Virus record (IMG/VR): IMGVR_UViG_3300042544_003937
Coordinates: 1,325 to 65,324 of that record
Direction: 5' to 3' (one strand)
Origin: a virus
Lineage: Duplodnaviria > Caudoviricetes
Length of the DNA: 64,000 nt
Numbering within the stretch: the stretch's first letter is position 1; the number at the start of each line of letters is the position of its first letter. The notes beneath the pieces were generated by a model. That model worked only from the letters and a program-made list of their open reading frames with translations. It had not been told where the DNA came from and did not search any database. Shown here piece after piece: positions 51,443 through 60,295 of this stretch. Position numbers and translations under genes: made by a program.

Positions 51443-51967
51443 ATGAGAAAAATTATTTTAACACTTATCACCTCATTATTATGGTTAGTGGCATTTTCAC
51501 AAGACTCAACAAGCCGAGACTCACTTAAATTTCCAAGTTGGTTCGTCGTTGAAGGTGATACTATGGGTGTAATATTCAGTTTGAAACAAGCTCAAAAAAT
51601 TGACAATGATTTAGAAATGAAGGCTCTTTTAGAAAAAAAGGGATATGCTTGTGACTCAACTCTTTCCAAATACATTAAATTGGTTGATGATAAAACAGCA
51701 TTCATTTCATCATTAGATCTAAAGATAAAAAGTCTGGAAGATTTAGCAAAAGATAAGGATTTAGCAATAGACAATCTAAATGCAAGAATATCCAATTTGA
51801 ATTTAGATATGATGTTTTCAAATCAGCAAATGATTAGAAAGGATAATATTATACAAAACAAAGATATTCAAATTAATACTTTAAAAGTCCAAAGAGCTTG
51901 GGCGATTGGTGGTGGAATTAGCGCTCTTCTGGGTGGAATTTTAATAGGTGTTTTATTAATACCATAA
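51443..51967 (+). CDS. Secreted coiled-coil protein with C-terminal transmembrane segment (spanin partner-like)
   Basis: Signal peptide ending AFS-Q, coiled coil, C-terminal WAIGGGISALLGGILIGVLLIP. Confidence 0.55.
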   Translation: MRKIILTLITSLLWLVAFSQDSTSRDSLKFPSWFVVEGDTMGVIFSLKQAQKIDNDLEMKALLEKKGYACDSTLSKYIKLVDDKTAFISSLDLKIKSLEDLAKDKDLAIDNLNARISNLNLDMMFSNQQMIRKDNIIQNKDIQINTLKVQRAWAIGGGISALLGGILIGVLLIP

Positions 51968-52032
51968 AAAGTATAAAAAACGAGTTTAGAATTAAATATA
52001 TATACTTATATAAAAAAAATTTTAACGATTAT

Positions 52033-52680
52033 ATGAAACACATTAGAAAATTCGAATCATTTCAGAATAAAATTAGAAGAGAACAAATTATCAAAGAATC
52101 AGTAATTGAAGTTGATGATCTTTACAAAGTGAGAACAACAGTTGATATTCCACAATCTCTTATCAATGCTTATGTCAAAAAAGTAAAAGAAGTGTCTGGT
52201 AAAAACTTGAGACAGTATTTCGGAGATGTTGATATCGCTGAAGAAATCGTAAAATATCTTACAGTCGCTGGTTTAGATGTTGAAAAAATCCCAGGGAATG
52301 CTATCTTAGGTGGTCCTCAAGCACAACAACAAGCACAACAAGGTCAAACTCAACAAGGTCAGGCTCAGACTGGTCAGGAAGATGGTGACGACTACGAAGA
52401 TGTTCAACAAGGACAAGGACAACAAGGTCAGGGTCAGCAAGGTCAACCTCAACAAAAGGCTCAACAAGGACAAGCTCAGCAAGGACAAGGTCAAGAAAAG
52501 GCTCAACAAGGACAGGCTCAACAAGGACAAGGTCAAGAAAAGGCTCAACAAGGACAAGCTCAGCAAGGACAAGGTCAAGAAAAGGCTCAACAAGGACAAG
52601 CTCAGCAAGGACAAGGTCAAGAAAAGGCTCAACAAGGTCAAGGTCAACAAGACGAAGAAGAATTACCTGAAGAAGAATAA
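52033..52680 (+). CDS. Putative internal head protein with MKHIRKFESF tag and Gln/Gly-rich repeat tail
   Basis: 215 aa; own promoter box and terminator. Confidence 0.75.
   Translation: MKHIRKFESFQNKIRREQIIKESVIEVDDLYKVRTTVDIPQSLINAYVKKVKEVSGKNLRQYFGDVDIAEEIVKYLTVAGLDVEKIPGNAILGGPQAQQQAQQGQTQQGQAQTGQEDGDDYEDVQQGQGQQGQGQQGQPQQKAQQGQAQQGQGQEKAQQGQAQQGQGQEKAQQGQAQQGQGQEKAQQGQAQQGQGQEKAQQGQGQQDEEELPEEE
52456..52650 (+). repeat. 42-bp in-frame tandem repeat, 4 copies plus a partial copy (KAQQGQAQQGQGQE)
   Basis: Unit AAGGCTCAACAAGGACA[AG]GCTCA[AG]CAAGGACAAGGTCAAGAA starts at 52456, 52498, 52540 and 52582. Confidence 0.95.
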
Positions 52681-52687
52681 AAAAATC

Positions 52688-52716
52688 AAACCACTAATTA
52701 AATTAGTGGTTTTTTT
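52688..52716 (+). terminator. Intrinsic terminator
   Basis: AAACCACTAATT-A-AATTAGTGGTTTTTTT. Confidence 0.8.
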
Positions 52717-52742
52717 GTTTGTTGATTTTAATATATATGAGT

Positions 52743-53372
52743 ATGAAATGGTTAAAATTATTTGAAGACTTCGAAGAAGTCAAAGGAGATAAGAAAATAC
52801 TTATAATAATAGACGTGCAGAAAAGTTTTAGACAATACTTTACTGAAATGTATCTCTATAGACTTAAAAAATATTGTGAAGAATTTGATGAAGTATATCA
52901 AATTTTCGATAATCATGTGCATGGAAAAAATCCTGATTTAGACTATCTCTATGATGAAGAACCCGAATCACCTATAAGTGATGATGTCTATACTTTCCCG
53001 AATCAAGTTGAATTAATTGAAAAGCGTTACAACTATGACGTGGATGTTGATTTTTACAAAAATATTTTGAATAGAGAAACGTATAAATCAATGAAAGAAA
53101 AAGAGTCAAGTGGAGAATTAAAAAGAGGTGATCTTTTCTACACAAAAGAAGGAACAATTTTAGTTTTCATTGGAAACAATCATCAATGGTTTCATTGTCC
53201 TAAGAAACTATATGAATTATTCAAAAAAATGAAAGGTCAAGAAATCAGAATGGTTGGTGGATCTGATCAAGAATGTTTTTTGGATGTTGAGATAGCTGCG
53301 TTATCTATGGGTGTCAAAGCTATAAGAGATTTCAGATATATTTGGTCGGCAACAAATTGTCCTATAAAATAA
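52743..53372 (+). CDS. Isochorismatase/cysteine hydrolase-like protein with MKWLKLFEDF tag
   Basis: ILIIIDVQKSF, IEK.Y, MVGGSDQECF.DV motifs. Confidence 0.7.
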   Translation: MKWLKLFEDFEEVKGDKKILIIIDVQKSFRQYFTEMYLYRLKKYCEEFDEVYQIFDNHVHGKNPDLDYLYDEEPESPISDDVYTFPNQVELIEKRYNYDVDVDFYKNILNRETYKSMKEKESSGELKRGDLFYTKEGTILVFIGNNHQWFHCPKKLYELFKKMKGQEIRMVGGSDQECFLDVEIAALSMGVKAIRDFRYIWSATNCPIK

Positions 53373-53374
53373 TT

Positions 53375-53761
53375 TTAGATGAAGTCTCCTATTTGTGCAT
53401 AGACATCATATTCCCCAAACTTAATATTGATAAACATTATATCTTGAAAATTGGCTGGGTCTTGAGCAAACACCACATTAATTGTGTAGGTTGATTGTTC
53501 CAATTCTGGTATAAAAAGTGAAATTTGTTCTTGAACCACTCTTTTTACAAATGTATCAGATACTTTTGTTTCGTAGAGTAATTCTAATAGATTTGCTCCC
53601 AAATCAGGTTGTCCTAAAACGTCACCTTTAATTGTGAAAAGAACCATCTCGAGTTTCTGAATTATAACAGAAACAACTTCATCTTCTACTATTTCATTTG
53701 TTGTGTATTTTGGATGTCCTTGATAAAGTATATAAAAATCAGTAAAATCAGGAGCTGGCAT
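53375..53761 (-). CDS. Baseplate wedge subunit (gp25-like)
   Basis: LFTIKGDVLGQPDLGANL.ELLYE, QI..FIPE. Confidence 0.85.
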   Translation of the reverse strand: MPAPDFTDFYILYQGHPKYTTNEIVEDEVVSVIIQKLEMVLFTIKGDVLGQPDLGANLLELLYETKVSDTFVKRVVQEQISLFIPELEQSTYTINVVFAQDPANFQDIMFINIKFGEYDVYAQIGDFI

Positions 53762-53802
53762 TTTAATATTTTTTTATTTATATATTAAAATTTATATTCT
53801 TT

Positions 53803-54783
53803 TTAAAAAAGTTCTCTGATTTTACCAATTACTGTTATACCAACAATTATCGGATCAATACTTGATTCTAACAGTTTAGAATTTTCGGTAATAATATATG
53901 AAACTTTAAATAATTTTTCTATATTCTCTTTCTTCTCTTCAAACGACCAATTTATAAAATCTCTTCCGAAAAGTGAAATCATCACATCTATTTTTTCTGC
54001 TCCAAAATTATTCATCAAAAAGTGATATATGTCCTCAAATGTTTTTGATTTGTCGTAAACTAAATTATAAAGATCTAATTTCAACTTAAGATCGGTGGAC
54101 TTTGTTGATGTATTCGATGATCCCGTGTGTTTGAAATATTCCAGTTCAATCAAAATTGAACGAAAATCTGGAAATTTCTTATTGACTAAGTTTATAACAG
54201 AATCTTTAGAAATCTCAAATTTTTCTGAAGGAGCAATCTGTTTAATTATTTTTTTAGCAATTTCATTTTTTAGAAATTTTTCTTCTTCTAAATTTTGACA
54301 GTCAAAATTAACTTCAGCCAATCTCGATCTTATTCCAAGTGAAACTTTATTTATGTGGTTAGTGGTAAATATAAATCTAACATTTTTAGCTGAAAATTCT
54401 TCTATATAAGCTTTTAAAGCATCTTGGTATTGAGTTGATGTTCTATCAAACTCATCGAGAAATACATATTTAATCGCATCTTTTGACAAATCTTCCGATT
54501 CTAAATCAAATCCCATATAAACTTTTGAACAAAAGTCATCAATTTTAGAACGAAGTGTTTCAATAGAAGTATAAAAAGAGCTGTTCAATTCTAAAAAAGG
54601 AGAAGTTTTAGAATATTTCCCAATCAATATTCTAGCTAATGTAGTCTTTCCAGTTCCAAAATGACCATAAAGTAAAACATTTTGAGTGAGTCCATTTTTG
54701 AAAATTTCTCTTATACGAGGAATTAGAATAACATCATCTAATGTTTTTGGACGCCATTTCTCTGATAGTAGTAATTGTTTCAT
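53803..54783 (-). CDS. Clamp loader subunit (T4 gp44/RFC-like)
   Basis: EKWRPKTLDD, GHFGTGKTT, FLDEFD, IRSR, FPDFR. Confidence 0.9.
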   Translation of the reverse strand: MKQLLLSEKWRPKTLDDVILIPRIREIFKNGLTQNVLLYGHFGTGKTTLARILIGKYSKTSPFLELNSSFYTSIETLRSKIDDFCSKVYMGFDLESEDLSKDAIKYVFLDEFDRTSTQYQDALKAYIEEFSAKNVRFIFTTNHINKVSLGIRSRLAEVNFDCQNLEEEKFLKNEIAKKIIKQIAPSEKFEISKDSVINLVNKKFPDFRSILIELEYFKHTGSSNTSTKSTDLKLKLDLYNLVYDKSKTFEDIYHFLMNNFGAEKIDVMISLFGRDFINWSFEEKKENIEKLFKVSYIITENSKLLESSIDPIIVGITVIGKIRELF

Positions 54784-54880
54784 AGATATTTTATTAAAGT
54801 TTATTTCTTATGTTTCTATATCCAAAAAGTTTTTGACGGAAGGAATAAAATTCAATATATAAGAAAAATGTTTTTATTGA

Positions 54881-55753
54881 ATGATTGGAGAAAGGTTTAA
54901 TTACGAAGATTGTTTTTATAGGGATCTAACCGTTTGTGTGTTAGATACATTAGAGGGCGAAATTCGTTGGACAAATAGATTTTCATCTGGTGATAGAGAA
55001 GTAAATGTTCCTTTCTATTATTCTATGACTGGAGATGAAAGATTCCTTTTAGACTCATTTAATGATGATATAGTTTCTAACAATAGATTTGTTGACGTAA
55101 ATACTGATATAATTCCAAGAGGACATTTAACCCTAACTGGCTTTGATATACGTTCAGATGAATTTGCAAATCCAAATGTTTGGTTGAAAATGGTTGTTGA
55201 AAATAAAGAAGAAATCAGAAAAATTTTAACAAAGATTAGAGCGATTCCAGTTTCGGCAAAATATGACCTAAGTATCTTATTGACTTCTGAAATTGATGTA
55301 TTCAAATGTAGTCAAGCAATTATGGATACTCTCTGGTTGTATAGATTTATGTATTTCGAGTATAATTTCATGAATATTGATGCTGTTATATTGATGCCGG
55401 ATTCCAATCAAATAGAAATATCAAGAGAAAAAAGTTTATCTTCTGAGAATACAATAAAATTGACTCTTTCTTTTGAAGTTCAAACTTATTATCCAGCTTT
55501 TAGAAAGCCGAAATTTAATTTTGATAGTGATACGTTAAATGGGGTTAGCACACAAAATACTCAAAATGGACAAGATGGAACTGGAACAACTTGGCAAAAT
55601 GCTAACAATGCTTATTCAAACCAATTTGTTTTTAATCCTTTGAATAGTGATGTGTTAGTTTTTCCAAAGAAGACAAAATGGTATAACAACCTAATTCAAA
55701 GTAGAGAAAGGAACGGAAACTCAGGTAATAATAGTGACCCGAGTCGACTTTAA
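54881..55753 (+). CDS. Tail terminator or sheath stabiliser (T4 gp15-like)
   Basis: VNVPFYY, IPRG, IPV...YDL.I, LSFEVQTY. Confidence 0.75.
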   Translation: MIGERFNYEDCFYRDLTVCVLDTLEGEIRWTNRFSSGDREVNVPFYYSMTGDERFLLDSFNDDIVSNNRFVDVNTDIIPRGHLTLTGFDIRSDEFANPNVWLKMVVENKEEIRKILTKIRAIPVSAKYDLSILLTSEIDVFKCSQAIMDTLWLYRFMYFEYNFMNIDAVILMPDSNQIEISREKSLSSENTIKLTLSFEVQTYYPAFRKPKFNFDSDTLNGVSTQNTQNGQDGTGTTWQNANNAYSNQFVFNPLNSDVLVFPKKTKWYNNLIQSRERNGNSGNNSDPSRL

Positions 55754-55825
55754 AGAATTAATAAAAAAAGTGAAAAAAATGACTTTTTTTATTTAATATA
55801 TAATAAAAAAATAATTATTTTTAAT

Positions 55826-57109
55826 ATGAAGGATCTCAAATTAGAGTTATTCAACTTTAGAAAAAATCTTAGTGTTGATCAGGATGAAGTATCGACAATC
55901 ATCGAGAGTCATATAAATGCTTGTAAAGATGTATCAGAAAAAACTATTATTCAATCTTTGAATGAGAAATTAAAAATTTACACCTTCGATAACAGTGTTA
56001 AAGGATTTTTGGAAAGTTTGAATAATGATTACAAACAATATAATTTAGTTTATGAGTTGAAACATTTATACAATGTTTTAAACACTAAAAACCAAGGAGA
56101 ACTTTACAGACAACCAATCAATGTTCTTCTTCAAACAATCAATCTTGATTCAGACCAAGATAAAATGTCCAAAATTCTTAACGAATTGGCAGTTTATGAC
56201 TGGGTTCCAGAAATCAAATTGTTCTGTTTAAATCTTACAAAATCACCAGATAAGAAACAAAACTTACTTTCGGGTGGAAAATCTGAACCAGTTTATACTC
56301 TTATTGAAAGAGTTGAAGATGGTTATCTTTGTCACATCAGAGATTCTTGGTTCCTCTTGACAGAAAATAATATCGAAAAAACTCTTCTCGAGTCTCACGT
56401 TAAAGACATGAATAAATTGAGAAGCATCAGAACACTTGAATCAGGTTTGAAATTCGCAACAATCACAGAAGATAGAGTTAATTTTAGAATTTCAGAAAAC
56501 CTAACAGTAGGTCTTTCAGTTTCTAAGAAAGGTATCCTTTTCATCAACGACGATGAAATGAACAGTGAAACAACACTTGAAAGTCTTTTCCAATCTCCAA
56601 TCATTCCAATCGTAAATAAGAATTTCTACCCAGTTATTCTTGAAACACAGAATAATATCAATAAATTTGTTGAGTTGGATGTAGTTAGAAGAGTAACTAA
56701 TCTAATCAATCCATTCTTAGAAGTTTTTGCTTTCAATTACAAAAAAGGAAACTACCTTTACAGATGTGATGAAAGATATGGTAATTCATTCTACAAGTTT
56801 GAAAGCGCACTCGAATTGGTTAACGAAACTAAAAATGAGTTGAACTACGACTTGACTTTCTTCTATGAAAACAAACTTTCAAGAGAAATCATCACTAAGA
56901 GAAAACTTGAAGATAAAGAAAGAGAAATCGTTCTAAAATTAGAAGATGTTCAATTTAATATCGATAAAGTTAAAAACTCAATTAAATATATTGGCGAATC
57001 AGAAGTTCTTTCTACAGCTCTTCAAAATCTAAACAAAAGAAAACAACAATTAGATTCAGATTTGATGGTGGTTAAAGAATTAAAATACAAAGAAACAATA
57101 AGAAGCTAA
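55826..57109 (+). CDS. Conserved structural or scaffold-like protein
   Basis: 427 aa, C-terminal coiled coil, several L-x-E sites; own promoter box and terminator. Confidence 0.6.
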   Translation: MKDLKLELFNFRKNLSVDQDEVSTIIESHINACKDVSEKTIIQSLNEKLKIYTFDNSVKGFLESLNNDYKQYNLVYELKHLYNVLNTKNQGELYRQPINVLLQTINLDSDQDKMSKILNELAVYDWVPEIKLFCLNLTKSPDKKQNLLSGGKSEPVYTLIERVEDGYLCHIRDSWFLLTENNIEKTLLESHVKDMNKLRSIRTLESGLKFATITEDRVNFRISENLTVGLSVSKKGILFINDDEMNSETTLESLFQSPIIPIVNKNFYPVILETQNNINKFVELDVVRRVTNLINPFLEVFAFNYKKGNYLYRCDERYGNSFYKFESALELVNETKNELNYDLTFFYENKLSREIITKRKLEDKEREIVLKLEDVQFNIDKVKNSIKYIGESEVLSTALQNLNKRKQQLDSDLMVVKELKYKETIRS

Positions 57110-57113
57110 ATTG

Positions 57114-57143
57114 AAAGTCCTCAAAATATTGAGGACTTTTTTT
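57114..57143 (+). terminator. Intrinsic terminator
   Basis: AAAGTCCTCAA-AATA-TTGAGGACTTTTTTT. Confidence 0.85.
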
Positions 57144-57207
57144 ATTGATTTAAAAAATAAATATTCATATATATAAAAGAAATACCCATATATTTCATAT
57201 ATATAGT

Positions 57208-58932
57208 ATGATAAAAATAAATACAATTAAAATCCCTCTAAAAGATTGTAGAAAATTAGAATATTTTATATCTCTCGGATATGAATGTATTGATGACTTC
57301 ATAGAAATAAGAATTGAAGATTTGAATGTTGGTTCTAGAAAAGTTGTTCCAGTTGCATGTGATTTTTGTGAAAATGAAGTTGAAACCACTTATAAGGAAT
57401 ATTTGAGAAATATAAAAACCGGTGGAAATTTTTCCTGTTCTAAAAAATGTGGATATCTTAAAGCAAAAAAATCAAATATTGAAAAGTACGGGGTTGAACA
57501 TCCTTTAAAATTACAAGAATTTAGAGAGAAGCAATCCAATACTAATTTAGAAAGATATGGTGTTGAATTTCCCCAACAATCAAAAGAAATAAGAGAAAAA
57601 ACAAAAAAATCCTATTTAGAAAATTTTGGAGTTGAACATATTTCGCAGCTAAATGAAAATAGAGAAAGATCAAGAAATTGGTTATCTTCAAATGAATTCA
57701 GAGAGAAATCAAAAAAAACACTCTTTGATAATTACGGGGTAGATAATCCTTCTCAATCTGAAGAGATACAAAATATTATCAAGCTAAATAATATTAGTAA
57801 ATGGGGAACTGAATATCCTTCACAATCTGATGTGTTCAAAGAAAAAGTAAAGAATGTATTTTTATCAAAATATAATGTTGACAACATAACAAAGTCAGAG
57901 GAATTTAGAAAAAATAATTTTGGGGTTGCAAAAGAACCTAATTATTTATCTTATGTTGGTGATGGATATAGTCTTTTTAAATGTGATAATAATCTAGAAC
58001 ATCAATTTTTAATTTCTTGTGATATCTACATAAAAAGAAAGTTGTCAAATAAACTCTGTACAGTATGTTACCCAATTGGTGACACACCTTCACTGAGAGA
58101 ATTGGACCTATTGGAATGGATTAAATCTATTTATTCCGGAGAAATTATAAAATCACATAGAGATGACACGGAAATTGATATTTATATTCCGGAAATGAAA
58201 CTGGGATTTGAATTTAATGGTTTATACTGGCATTCGGATAAATTTAGAGAAAAAAATTATCATCTAAATAAAACGAATTTTTTCAGAGATAGAGGTATCA
58301 GAATTATACACATTTGGGAAGATGATTGGTTAAATAAAAATACAGTCATTAAAAGTCAAATTAGAAATATTTTTAAGTTGAATGAAAATAAAATATTCGC
58401 TAGAAATTGTAAAGTTGAAATATTATCAGATAATAAAATAGTAACAAAATTTCTAAATGAAAATCACTTACAGGGTGCGGATAAGAGTAAAATTAAAATC
58501 GGACTTTTTTATAAAGATGAATTAACTTCTTTGATGACGTTCAATAAATTAGAAGGAAGAAAATTATTGAGTGATGATGAATGGAATCTATCAAGGTTTT
58601 GCACAAAAATGAATTGTAATGTTATTGGAGGTGCGTCCAAATTATTATCATTTTTTATAAATCAATTTAAACCAAAAAGAATTATTAGTTATGCTGATAA
58701 GGATTGGAGTATGGGAGAACTGTACGAAAATCTTGGATTTATTAAAATATCCGAATCAAAGCCTGACTATAAATATGTCACTAATGGAGTTAGAAAAAAT
58801 AAATCCAATTTTAAAAAATCAAAATTAAACACGAAATTAAGTGAATCATTAGAAATGAAAAATAGAAATATACTTAGGATTTGGGATTGTGGAAAAATAA
58901 AATTTGAATATCTTGTGCGTAAAGAGAATTAA
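57208..58932 (+). CDS. Hef-like homing endonuclease 2
   Basis: CDFC and CSKKC, several [YFW]G[VT][ED].P repeats, EIDIYIPE.K.GFEFNGLYWHS, IWEDDW, C-terminal LSRFC...GGASKLL...SYADKDWS.G.LYE.LGF. Confidence 0.8.
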   Translation: MIKINTIKIPLKDCRKLEYFISLGYECIDDFIEIRIEDLNVGSRKVVPVACDFCENEVETTYKEYLRNIKTGGNFSCSKKCGYLKAKKSNIEKYGVEHPLKLQEFREKQSNTNLERYGVEFPQQSKEIREKTKKSYLENFGVEHISQLNENRERSRNWLSSNEFREKSKKTLFDNYGVDNPSQSEEIQNIIKLNNISKWGTEYPSQSDVFKEKVKNVFLSKYNVDNITKSEEFRKNNFGVAKEPNYLSYVGDGYSLFKCDNNLEHQFLISCDIYIKRKLSNKLCTVCYPIGDTPSLRELDLLEWIKSIYSGEIIKSHRDDTEIDIYIPEMKLGFEFNGLYWHSDKFREKNYHLNKTNFFRDRGIRIIHIWEDDWLNKNTVIKSQIRNIFKLNENKIFARNCKVEILSDNKIVTKFLNENHLQGADKSKIKIGLFYKDELTSLMTFNKLEGRKLLSDDEWNLSRFCTKMNCNVIGGASKLLSFFINQFKPKRIISYADKDWSMGELYENLGFIKISESKPDYKYVTNGVRKNKSNFKKSKLNTKLSESLEMKNRNILRIWDCGKIKFEYLVRKEN

Positions 58933-58964
58933 AATACAAAGAAAGAATCAGAGGTTAAAAATTT

Positions 58965-58989
58965 AAGCCACCAATTTGGTGGCTTTTTT
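58965..58989. terminator. Intrinsic terminator between convergent genes
   Basis: AAGCCACCA-ATT-TGGTGGCTTTTTT. Confidence 0.8.
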
Positions 58990-59227
58990 ATTTTATCAAA
59001 ATTTCTAAGCTTTCAATTCTCAACTCATCAATTGTCTTTATTATTAGGTGATCCCTGTAAATTTGATAAAACTCACCATTTATTTCAATTTCAACAACAT
59101 CTTTAAATTTTGTTAAATCACATTCATAAAATTTTCCCTCTTTGAGTGGATATAAATCACTAACTTTCATGTCATATATGAAAGATTCATACCAGCAATT
59201 TTCATTGATCTTACAAAAATATTTCAT
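58988..59227 (-). CDS. Small hypothetical protein
   Basis: 79-aa ORF ending at a terminator, TATATA box upstream. Confidence 0.6.
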   Translation of the reverse strand: MKYFCKINENCWYESFIYDMKVSDLYPLKEGKFYECDLTKFKDVVEIEINGEFYQIYRDHLIIKTIDELRIESLEILIK

Positions 59228-59260
59228 ATTTAGAATTCTTTGAATTTATATATAGTAAAT

Positions 59261-60295
59261 ATGAAATGGATTAAAAACTGGAAAACTATTCAATTAGAAA
59301 AAAAAGAGTATTCTAAAAAACTATCACTTATACTCGAAGGGCTCTCCTTAATAGTGACCTCTGATGAGCTTATAAATGTTTTAGAAAAAATAAAAGCAAA
59401 TAGAATCGCAGACGAACTTCTCAGTTTTCTCAATAAAGAAAAAAGAGAAACTTCTTATAATTATCTAAATCTTACTGATAAAGATGATGAAATAGGATTT
59501 CTACCCGATAATCAATTTCAAAGATTCAAAGCAACAACTCAAGATTATAAGTCAAAAACAAGATCATTTGTAAAAGTCGGAAGGCTAATAACCTCACTAT
59601 TCTCGGATAACGATATTAGCTATACAAAAGAAGAATTAGATGATTTCATCGATAAATTCAAAGCAGCAAACTCTGACTCTCAAAATAAGACTATAGAAAT
59701 AGTCGAAGGTGATGAAATAGCCTTTTGGTATAACGAAGAAAATTATTTATACAAAGATGAAGGGGGAACACTCTGCAAATCTTGTATGCGTGAATCTTAT
59801 AAATCACCCTGGTTTAAAATCTATACCGAGAATCCTGATAAAGTCAAAATGGTGATAATGACCTATGAAGGAAAATTATTAGGTAGAGCCTTACTCTGGA
59901 AGATCGATTCAGGTGAGTTTTTCTTAGATAGAATTTATACAAGATTCCCCTCTGATGAGTTTGTAATAGATGAATGGACTAAGAAGAATTACAAAGGTCT
60001 AATTTCCTATCAAGATGAAGGTGCTTATCTATGTGTACAAGATCCAGATGAAGTCTTGACAGTATCACTTCAACAAACAAATTTTGAAGAATTTCCTTTC
60101 GCCGACACTCTCTGTTATCTCTATCAAGAATTAGAAGATGGGCAAGTCACAGGACCTGGTTTTGTTTCAAATAAATTAGATAAAATAGGCGGTTACCTCA
60201 TTTCTAAAATACAATCTCATTTATCTGGTCAGAAAGCTGTGTCTTCACATGTCTGGTCTAACACCACAGGAACATGGATTTCTAAAAATGTCTAA
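59261..60295 (+). CDS. PcfJ-like phage protein
   Basis: KVGR, G.L.KSCMR, IYTENP, GRALLW, FLDRIY, FPFADT motifs; start set at MKWIKNW. Confidence 0.65.
   Translation: MKWIKNWKTIQLEKKEYSKKLSLILEGLSLIVTSDELINVLEKIKANRIADELLSFLNKEKRETSYNYLNLTDKDDEIGFLPDNQFQRFKATTQDYKSKTRSFVKVGRLITSLFSDNDISYTKEELDDFIDKFKAANSDSQNKTIEIVEGDEIAFWYNEENYLYKDEGGTLCKSCMRESYKSPWFKIYTENPDKVKMVIMTYEGKLLGRALLWKIDSGEFFLDRIYTRFPSDEFVIDEWTKKNYKGLISYQDEGAYLCVQDPDEVLTVSLQQTNFEEFPFADTLCYLYQELEDGQVTGPGFVSNKLDKIGGYLISKIQSHLSGQKAVSSHVWSNTTGTWISKNV

Noticed and set aside
52456-52650. CRISPR array
   Set aside because: Head-to-tail 42-bp units with no unique spacers, in frame within a CDS.
52306-52765. Alternative-frame ORFs 52306..52650 (-) and 52310..52765 (+)
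   Set aside because: Shadow frames of the Gln/Gly repeat.
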